Shown one piece after another: positions 1 through 9,481 of a stretch of DNA of 64,000 bases (within the stretch, counting starts at the first letter, position 1; every line of letters begins with the position of its first letter). The position numbers and the translations under genes were made by a program. The DNA is from Zygnema circumcarinatum SAG 698-1b (Eukaryota > Plantae > Zygnematophyceae). The stretch is from the NCBI GenBank assembly GCA_037447605.1, contig CM074815.1:1736001-1800000 (forward strand), read 5' to 3'. The notes beneath the pieces are model-generated. The model did no database searches. It saw only the letters and a list, made by a program, of their open reading frames with translations, and was not told where the DNA came from.

Positions 1-73
1 AGGCAGTCCTTCCCAATTTCCACCAAATGCCTCTCCGTTTGCAGCTACACATGCCTCTGCCCCTCAGTATACC

Positions 74-508
74 GTGGCCTCCACTCGACCGCCGGCTCCA
101 AATCACGGAGTTGTAATCAGAGAAGTGAGCGATCCTGATCATGCAGAGTCAAGCAATGCTGTTTCAGGTAGTGGTGAGAGGACATCTGAGTCTGCTGCAG
201 GCAGCAACAGGGGCTCTATCGGCGAAGGCAGCAGTGCTAGTGAGGGCCGCTCACCCTGGGTGCCTCCTCCAGTGCCTCTGCCAGTACTGCCGGAAGCTGC
301 AGCAGCGATGAGACCGCGACCCCCAGAATGGGTGGAGGCTAACTCAGCCACAGTCCATGAGGAAAGTTCTCCAGCAGCTGAGCTGCCTGCAGCTATGGCA
401 GCGGAGGGAAACAGTCCTGAGAATTCAGAGCAGGCTGCTCCATTGGACCCTGAGGAAGGTCATGAGGGAGGAGAGGACCATGGGGATGGCGCTGCAGTTG
501 CAGTCTGA
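74..508 (+). other. Acidic/Pro-rich low-complexity ORF (144 aa), unassigned; possibly TE-derived or part of a gene starting left of the window
   Basis: ORF track only; no recognisable domain. Confidence 0.2.
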
Positions 509-1697
509 ACATTTGCCCCCGGCTGAAGGTTGTTGCTGCTCCGACCCAGATTGGCGAGACCAGAACTGAAGGAAGAGCTGCGGGAATAGTTGGAATGATG
601 CTTCGGGTACAGTCGGTTCGAAGGGAAGGGGTTGGGTCAGTGGGACGACGGACATGCATTTTTGGTGACATTGCGAGAACTTGACCAATAGTTTGTGTGA
701 TATCGCGTAGCTGAATGGTTTCGGATGGTCAGATGGTTCTGAGGTTGAGTGAGCATGCGAGGTAGTATGCAGCTGCCTCCTTTTTCCTTTCTACTTGTAT
801 ATATGGGTGGGAGAGGGAGAGTGGGGAGAGGGAGAGATGGAGAGAGAGGCGGATAACACTGAACACTCATGCTTATAATGGGCTTGAAAGGCAGGCAGCC
901 TGTCAGACTTGCACACATGCGGCCTTCCCATGCTGTTGTAAGCTTCTTATTCATCTCTCACTTTTTCATGTAACGCCCTGCGATACTACAAGCATGAAGG
1001 TCGTCAATCTCCGTAACTGTTCTGGTATTATGTCCTCAATGTTGAAGCGGTTTGGATCGCTTGAACATCGGACTCAATTCTGACAAATGCACACCGGGTC
1101 ACTAGGCCATGTCCACGCATGTCATGATGCTGCACATGCCATGTCAGGCTCACCTAACTATGGGATGGTAGACCACTCTCGTGTACATGACCATTCAAAA
1201 AAGTTTGCTACTTCGCACTTTGCTACGGAATGAACAATGTCATGCCATGCGACATGGCGGCTTTATTGCAGGCTACATTCTTCGCTTGCTGAGCTTTTGG
1301 CATCGTCTTGCACTGCAGCGCCCTTCACTTCCATATGCATTCTCCCTATTGGCTCAATCGGCGTGCAAGTGACTTGAGCATTACAATTGAGAAAAATCAT
1401 GTTCATACTCCCAGTGTCGATGTTAAGTAATGCATGTCAACTGACGACCTCTACAAATGCAGCTATGGCAAAAAGCACCTTTACTGTTAAATAGTTGCGC
1501 TGCTCCAGCTTCTTTTGAATGTCCGTCATATTAGGCTCCAGTTGCTGCTAATCGCCTCATGGAGGTACCCCTATGAACTCAACGCAAGATAATTCATTCG
1601 CTTGACACTGCAACCTGTATTCCAGGATTTAAGAAGTCCCAATCGTAGCACCAAGTGACGTAGCGAGAAATGAGATGACTCACTGAATTTATAAGAC

Positions 1698-2734
1698 CTA
1701 ATCCTTTAGATCTAGGCCCGCCGTCTTCAGCTGTGCCGCTTCCATCGCTCGCTCTGCTTCAGACATCTTACGCATCGCCTCATCTTTCAGCTCCACCGCC
1801 TTTTCAGCTAAGGTTACGATTTCCCTCACCTTCTCGTCAACTTTCTGCTGAAACTCCTCTTTCTCTGTCAATAGTCTTCCGATTTCCATCTCCTTCTGCA
1901 GCAAGTGATTCGAATATAGAAAGAACATTGCACAGAGAGCCACAAACATAAATTTCATACGCATTTAAGCATCAACTGCACCACAAATAATTAACACCTT
2001 GCCTGCAAACATCCCTCCGATCACGAATGCATGAAAGAAAAGACAATTCGGTGATTGAAGGGAATGCGAACGACAAGGAAGGTTAAGAGAATCCTCACAA
2101 CTTGGACGCATTGCTGCTCCAAAGCCAGTGCTCCTCTCAGCAGGTTGATCTCTTTTCGTAGTTCTGATTGTTCCATTTTTCGTGCAGTTCTCTCTTGCAA
2201 CAAAGCCTCCTCGGTAGCATTGCATTTCGCAATTGCTCGCTCATATTCTACACGCCGCTCTTCACCATCTTGGAACAAGATACTCTCATTGTACCGGTAT
2301 CTATCCAGCTGTCACCATTCAACTCTTCACTTCAGTAACGCTTGTCAAAGAATCTTTAACACGAACAAATGTCTTCAGAAAGCAGTAGAAATCCTCCAGA
2401 TTTGAAGGTAAAACATGCAACAAAATTGCGACAAGAAAGGATTGAATCTATTGAATCAGACAAAAAAAATCACGAACTCCACCCAAAAAATACAAACCTC
2501 GTCTTCAAGAAATTGAACTTCCTTAAGCAAGTATACAATAGTTGTTTGGGAACGACTCTTCTCATCTGAGACTCCTGCCTCTTTGAACTGTCTCCAAATC
2601 GGGACTTCCTGCTCTCTCACAAAAGGTTGTTCATCCCCGCGACGTGTCTCCCGCAACATAGAGATGTGATGTAACCCCTCTGGTTCTCCACTTCTCACAG
2701 AATGCCCAGCTGCAGGCACTGTTGATCGCCGCAT
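1698..2734 (-). CDS. Three-exon hypothetical coiled-coil protein (~220 aa)
   Basis: Open segments MRRSTV...FLEDE, LDRYRYNESILFQDGEERRVEYERA...CVQ and KEMEIGRLL...LDLKD* are separated by GT...AG-bounded gaps. E/K/R/A-rich heptad-like composition. Start codon inferred. Confidence 0.5.
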
Positions 2735-3276
2735 CGCTCTCCCTCTGCCCTCCCTGCCCCCCCACTCCCGCTCTCTCTCCGCGACCGCCGGCGGTGCTTC
2801 AACATGCACCGTGCCGTAGTTAAAGTAACTGTATAGTACCCCCCCCCGATATGTTCCACCCAACTACCAAAAAACGATTGACACGCGACCAAGCCAACCA
2901 TTGGCAATGGTTTTCAACGTTGCCAACCACTGCCGCCAGCCCTAAACAACTATTGCCAATGGTTGGCAATCTTGGAATTCAAGGGCCGGCGGGCGGCAAC
3001 GGTTGGCAACATTGAAAACCATTGCCAATGGTTGCAACCGTAGGCAATGGTTGTTTCGGTCCGATGGCAATGGTTGTGTCGGTCGGGCGGCGATGGTTCC
3101 AACCATTTGGCAATTGCTGTTTCGGACCGGCTTGCCGAGACAAGCGGTCCGCCAAGGCGTCACCTTGTGACGTCAGCCACGAACAGGTCAGGAACAATGT
3201 CCAACATGATTGGTCACACACCATCGATGTTGATGTTTGACCATTTCCAAAAATGAAAGAAAAGAGTAAAAGGTGT

Positions 3277-3383
3277 GGGTGCGACACCGGGACTTCCCGG
3301 GAGGTCACCCATCCCAGTACTATTCCGGCCCACAGGCGCTTAGCTGCGGAGTTCTGATGGGATCCGGCGTAGTAGCCTAGGTA
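3277..3383 (-). rRNA. 5S rRNA, 5' end lost in an N gap
   Basis: Minus strand contains GGATCCCATCAGAACTCCGCAGCTAAGCGCC...AGTACTGGGATGGGTGACCTCCCGGGAAGTCCCGGTGTCGCACCC, followed by T tracts. Confidence 0.9.
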
Positions 3384-3787
3384 NNNNNNNNNNATGCAGT
3401 GGTTGCAACGATGGGCCATGGTTTTCAACGTTGCCAACCACTGCCGCCAGCCCTAAACAACTATTGCCAATGGTTGGCAATCTTGGAATTCAAGGGCCGG
3501 CGGGCGGCAACGGTTGGCAACATTGAAAACCATTGCCAATGGTTGCAACCGTAGGCAATGGTTGTTTCGGTCCGATGGCAATGGTTGTGTCGGTCGGGCG
3601 GCGATGGTTCCAACCATTTGGCAATTGCTGTTTCGGACCGGCTTGCCGAGACAAGCGGTCCGCCAAGGCGTCACCTTGTGACGTCAGCCACGAACAGGTC
3701 AGGAACAATGTCCAACATGATTGGTCACACACCATCGATGTTGATGTTTGACCATTTCCAAAAATGAAAGAAAAGAGTAAAAGGTGT

Positions 3788-3906
3788 GGGTGCGACACCG
3801 GGACTTCCCGGGAGGTCACCCATCCCAGTACTATTCCGGCCCACAGGCGCTTAGCTGCGGAGTTCTGATGGGATCCGGCGTAGTAGCCTAGGTATGATCG
3901 CACCAC
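3788..3906 (-). rRNA. 5S rRNA, full length (119 nt)
   Basis: GTGGTGCGATCATACC...GTGTCGCACCC; Box A AGCTAAGCGC; Box C region GGATGGGTGACC; helix I pairing; downstream TTTT terminator. Confidence 0.95.
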
Positions 3907-4662
3907 GTACGGGCGTTTGAATTTGTCTTATCGTTCATTCCGTTTCTTTCCTTCGAGGAGAGTAGCGGTCCTTCGGGCAATGGTTGTTTGGACGCGGCAA
4001 TGGTTGGAACCAGTGGCAATGGTTGTTTCGGTCCCGTCGCAATGGTGGGCAACCTTGGAATTCAATGGTTGCAACCATTGGCAATGGTTTTCAATGTTGC
4101 CAACCATTGCCGCCGGCCCTAAAACAACGATCGCCAATGGTTGGCAACCGTACCGCAGGCAATGGTATGGTTGCAACCGTACCGCAGGCAATGGTATGGT
4201 TGGAACCATTGGCAATCGTTGTTTGTTTTTGTCCCGTCGCAATGGTTGGCGACCTTGGNNNNNNNNNNATGCAGTGGTTGCAACGATGGGCCATGGTTTT
4301 CAACGTTGCCAACCACTGCCGCCAGCCCTAAACAACTATTGCCAATGGTTGGCAATCTTGGAATTCAAGGGCCGGCGGGCGGCAACGGTTGGCAACATTG
4401 AAAACCATTGCCAATGGTTGCAACCGTAGGCAATGGTTGTTTCGGTCCGATGGCAATGGTTGTGTCGGTCGGGCGGCGATGGTTCCAACCATTTGGCAAT
4501 TGCTGTTTCGGACCGGCTTGCCGAGACAAGCGGTCCGCCAAGGCGTCACCTTGTGACGTCAGCCACGAACAGGTCAGGAACAATGTCCAACATGATTGGT
4601 CACACACCATCGATGTTGATGTTTGACCATTTCCAAAAATGAAAGAAAAGAGTAAAAGGTGT

Positions 4663-4781
4663 GGGTGCGACACCGGGACTTCCCGGGAGGTCACCCATCC
4701 CAGTACTATTCCGGCCCACAGGCGCTTAGCTGCGGAGTTCTGATGGGATCCGGCGTAGTAGCCTAGGTATGATCGCACCAC
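4663..4781 (-). rRNA. 5S rRNA, full length (119 nt)
   Basis: Same sequence as 3788-3906. Confidence 0.95.
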
Positions 4782-5575
4782 GTGTACGGGCGTCCGAGTG
4801 TCCGCCCTTGTTCGTTCGTTTCTGTTTTCTTTTCTCCTTTCGAGGGAAGACATCGGACGCCTCCTTTCGGCAATGGTTGTTTGGGACCGGCGGCAATGGT
4901 TGGAACCAGTGGCAATGGTTGTTTCGGTCCCGTCGCAATGGTGGGCAACCTTGGAATTCAATGGTTGCAACCATTGGCAATGGTTTTCAATGTTGCCAAC
5001 CATTGCCGCCGGCCCTAAAACAACGATCGCCAATGGTTGGCAACCTTGGAATTGAAGGGCCGGCGGCAATGGTTGCCAATCCAAAACCATTGCCAAATGG
5101 TTGCAACCGTACCGCAGGCAATGGTATGGTTGGAACCATTGGCAATCGTTGTTTGTTTTTGTCCCGTCGCAATGGTTGGCGACCTTAGCGACCATTGACG
5201 GTCACTAGTCTTCCAACGTTGCCAGCTACTGCCGCCAGCCCTAAGCAACTATTGCCAATGGTTGGCAATCTTGGAATTCAAGGGCCGGCGGGCGGCACCG
5301 GTTGGCAACATTGAAAACCTTTGCCAATGGTTGCAACCGTAGGCAATGGTTGTTTCGGTCCGATGGCAATGGTTGGGTCGGTCGGGCGTCCATGGTTCCA
5401 ACCATATGGCAATAGCTGTATCGGACCGGCTTGCCGAGACAAGCGGTCCGCCAAGGCGTCACCGTGTGACGTCAGCCACGAACAGGTCAGGAACAATGTC
5501 CAACATGATTGGTCACACACCATCGATGTTGATGTTTGACCATTTCCAAAAATGAAAGAAAAGAGTAAAAGGTGT

Positions 5576-5694
5576 GGGTGCGACACCGGGACTTCCCGGG
5601 AGGTCACCCATCCCAGTACTATTCCGGCCCACAGGCGCTTAGCTGCGGAGTTCTGATGGGATCCGGCGTAGTAGCCTAGGTATGATCGCACCAC
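5576..5694 (-). rRNA. 5S rRNA, full length (119 nt)
   Basis: Same sequence as 3788-3906; flanking spacers are more diverged. Confidence 0.95.
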
Positions 5695-7099
5695 GTGTAC
5701 GGGCGTCCGAGTGTCCGCCCTTGTTCGTTCGTTTCTGTTTTCTTTTCTCCTTTCGAGGGAAGACATCGGACGCCTCCTTTCGGCAATGGTTGTTTGGGAC
5801 CGGCGGCAATGGTTGGAATCAGTGACTGGTTGTTTCGGTCCCGTCGATGGCGGCAACCTTGGAGTTCAATGGTTGCAACCATTGGGCAACGGTCTTCAAC
5901 GTTGCCAACCATTGCCGCCGGCCTGAAAACAATGACTTCGCGATGGTTGCAACCCGGAATTGAAGGGCTGGCGGCAACGGCTGCCATTCTCAAACCATTG
6001 CCAAACGGTTGAACCGCACCCAGACTGGGCACGTTGACTCATCGGCAATTCGTTGTCCGTTTCTGTCCCGTCGAATGGTTGGCGTTTGCATGTAACGGCT
6101 GCACGCGAACGCCTTCAATGTTGCCACACTGCCGCCAGCCCTAAACAACTATTGCCAATGGTTGGCAATCTTGGAATTCAAGGGCCGGCGGGCGGCAACG
6201 GTTGGCAACATTGAAAACCATTGCCAATGGTTGCAACCGTAGGCAATGGTTGTTTCGGTCCGATGGCAATGGTTGTGTCGGTCGGGCGGCGATGGTTCCA
6301 ACCATTTGGCAATTGCTGTTTCGGACCGGCTTGCCGAGACAAGCGGTCCGCCAAGGCGTCACCTTGTGACGTCAGCCACGAATAGGTCAGGAACAACGTC
6401 CAAGCATGATCGGTTACACCATCGNNNNNNNNNNNNNNNNNNNNNNNNNNNNNNNNNNNNNNNNNNNNNNNNNNNNNNNNNNNNNNNNNNNNNNNNNNNN
6501 NNNNNNNNNNNNNNNNNNNNNNNNGCCGCCCTAAAACAACGATCGCCAATGGTTGGCAACCTTGGAATTGAAGGGCCGGCGGCAATGGTTGCCAATCCAA
6601 AACCATTGCCAAATGGTTGCAACCGTACCGCAGGCAATGGTATGGTTGGAACCATTGGCAATCGTTGTTTGTTTTTGTCCCGTCGCAATGGTTGGCGACC
6701 TTGGAATGCAGTGGTTGCAACGATGGGCCATGGTTTTCAACGTTGCCAACCACTGCCGCCAGCCCTAAACAACTATTGCCAATGGTTGGCAATCTTGGAA
6801 TTCAAGGGCCGGCGGGCGGCAACGGTTGGCAACATTGAAAACCATTGCCAATGGTTGCAACCGTAGGCAATGGTTGTTTCGGTCCGATGGCAATGGTTGT
6901 GTCGGTCGGGCGGCGATGGTTCCAACCATTTGGCAATTGCTGTTTCGGACCGGCTTGCCGAGACAAGCGGTCCGCCAAGGCGTCACCTTGTGACGTCAGC
7001 CACGAACAGGTCAGGAACAATGTCCAACATGATTGGTCACACACCATCGATGTTGATGTTTGACCATTTCCAAAAATGAAAGAAAAGAGTAAAAGGTGT

Positions 7100-7208
7100 G
7101 GGTGCGACACCGGGACTTCCCGGGAGGTCACCCATCCCAGTACTATTCCGGCCCACAAGCGGCGTTCTTCTGGGATCCGGCGTAGTAGCCTAGGTATGAT
7201 CGCACCAC
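7100..7208 (-). pseudogene. 5S rRNA variant (109 nt) lacking Box A
   Basis: Plus strand reads CCCACAAGCGGCGTTCTTCTGGGATCC instead of CCCACAGGCGCTTAGCTGCGGAGTTCTGATGGGATCC: a 10-nt deletion (gene nt 51-60) plus 4 substitutions. Confidence 0.85.
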
Positions 7209-8010
7209 GTGTACGGGCGTCCGAGTGTCCGCCCTTGTTCGTTCGTTTCTGTTTTCTTTTCTCCTTTCGAGGGAAGACATCGGACGCCTCCTTTCGGCAA
7301 TGGTTGTTTGGGACCGGCGGCAATGGTTGGAACCAGTGGCAATGGTTGTTTCGGTCCCGTCGCAATGGTGGGCAACCTTGGAATTCAATGGTTGCAACCA
7401 TTGGCAATGGTTTTCAATGTTGCCAACCATTGCCGCCGGCCCTAAAACAACGATCGCCAATGGTTGGCAACCTTGGAATTGAAGGGCCGGCGGCAATGGT
7501 TGCCAATCCAAAACCATTGCCAAATGGTTGCAACCGTACCGCAGGCAATGGTATGGTTGGAACCATTGGCAATCGTTGTTTGTTTTTGTCCCGTCGCAAT
7601 GGTTGGCGACCTTGGAATGCAGTGGTTGCAACGATGGGCCATGGTTTTCAACGTTGCCAACCACTGCCGCCAGCCCTAAACAACTATTGCCAATGGTTGG
7701 CAATCTTGGAATTCAAGGGCCGGCGGGCGGCAACGGTTGGCAACATTGAAAACCATTGCCAATGGTTGCAACCGTAGGCAATGGTTGTTTCGGTCCGATG
7801 GCAATGGTTGTGTCGGTCGGGCGGCGATGGTTCCAACCATTTGGCAATTGCTGTTTCGGACCGGCTTGCCGAGACAAGCGGTCCGCCAAGGCGTCACCTT
7901 GTGACGTCAGCCACGAACAGGTCAGGAACAATGTCCAACATGATTGGTCACACACCATCGATGTTGATGTTTGACCATTTCCAAAAATGAAAGAAAAGAG
8001 TAAAAGGTGT

Positions 8011-8119
8011 GGGTGCGACACCGGGACTTCCCGGGAGGTCACCCATCCCAGTACTATTCCGGCCCACAAGCGGCGTTCTTCTGGGATCCGGCGTAGTAGC
8101 CTAGGTATGATCGCACCAC
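8011..8119 (-). pseudogene. 5S rRNA variant (109 nt) lacking Box A, second copy
   Basis: Same deletion and substitutions as 7100-7208. Confidence 0.85.
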
Positions 8120-9481
8120 GTGTACGGGCGTCCGAGTGTCCGCCCTTGTTCGTTCGTTTCTGTTTTCTTTTCTCCTTTCGAGGGAAGACATCGGACGCCT
8201 CCTTTCGGCAATGGTTGTTTGGGACCGGCGGCAATGGTTGGAACCAGTGGCAATGGTTGTTTCGGTCCCGTCGCAATGGTGGGCAACCTTGGAATTCAAT
8301 GGTTGCAACCATTGGCAATGGTTTTCAATGTTGCCAACCATTGCCGCCGGCCCTAAAACAACGATCGCCAATGGTTGGCAACCTTGGAATTGAAGGGCCG
8401 GCGGCAATGGTTGCCAATCCAAAACCATTGCCAAATGGTTGCAACCGTACCGCAGGCAATGGTATGGTTGGAACCATTGGCAATCGTTGTTTGTTTTTGT
8501 CCCGTCGCAATGGTTGGCGACCTTGGAATGCAGTGGTTGCAACGATGGGCCATGGTTTTCAACGTTGCCAACCATTGCCGCTTTAATGCCGCATTGCTTG
8601 TCATTCGCATCAGGGGTATACAGGGCCAGAACAAAATACATCATGCGTTCACGTTACAAAAAGTAAAGAGCAAAGATGCTACATGAGAAACTGCTCTATT
8701 GTAAGAACTTCCTCGCTTATTTAAAAGCCAGATTTCGCACGTTGCAGAGAACAGGTCGCGGAATGCTGGCCTCCCAGTGAACAGAATACAAGACTGTACT
8801 CACTTCAGCATCAAACACTCGCTTCGTTATCGTAACCAGGACAAACGTAAGCTGGAAATCTCAATTGCGTAGTCTTCCTGCTGCGTATATGACCACGCCC
8901 CTTGAATGGAAGCACCTAAACAGACTATTCTATGCCATTCTAATCCCTTTTAAAAGACACACGAGGGCAAAGTATTCGAAAGAATGTTTGAACCCGTTAG
9001 GAAGATTTTGAAAGCATTTGAAACCCCTGTGAATTTGTCGAACTTCCCTCTCATTAAGAATCGAAGCACCGGGGCAAAATCAGGTCACACATGATGATGA
9101 CTTGAAGGCATTGCCGAACTAAAAGGGAAGGTAGTTCAAACCTGATGGCTCATTTCTTAGGCATCGGGCTCAAATCGAAGCCTCACCCTTGTTGTTTTTG
9201 CAAGAAGCTCGGCTAATTAGCGATTGCTCAGAAGGCACGAATCAGTGAGTCCTGCAACCCTAAGAAAGTTCCAGCCAGCACACCCCCCGGCGCTTCCGCA
9301 CCGCACACTCATTACGTCACTACCACTTGATAGTCACTTGACATGTGATGCTTCACCTTCATTTCATTTTACATGTCATCAAGATCTCAAATTAGGTCAT
9401 TTGCACTTCTAAGCACTTTAAAGAAGGCAGTAGCATATCTGTACATGTGAGACGGGAGGGATCACACTATTCCAGTGCTCC

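Larger units (their letters stand above)
2893..8580 (-). repeat. 5S rDNA tandem array, ~911-921 bp units, interrupted by three assembly gaps
   Basis: Repeated 5S gene plus spacer; gene-to-gene periods 913 (4663 to 5576) and 911 (7100 to 8011). N runs at 3384-3393, 4259-4268 and 6425-6524. Confidence 0.95.

Noticed and set aside
969-1150. TGTAACGCCC as the start of a Ty3/gypsy LTR
   Set aside because: No second LTR, primer-binding site or gag/pol remnant identified.
5190-6130. Strongly diverged spacer copies as ancient variants
   Set aside because: They lie next to an assembly gap and show scattered indels, which is equally consistent with low-quality sequence.
2893-8580. Cassandra TRIM (5S-bearing retroelement) or CRISPR-like array
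   Set aside because: The 5S copies are full length with terminators, no tRNA-Met primer-binding site or LTR TG...CA structure is seen, and there are no unique spacers or cas genes.
2942-8686. Dozens of repeated ORFs (MVATIGNG..., MVRSYLGYYAGSHQ...)
   Set aside because: These are translations of the 5S gene and its stop-poor spacer repeats, not proteins.
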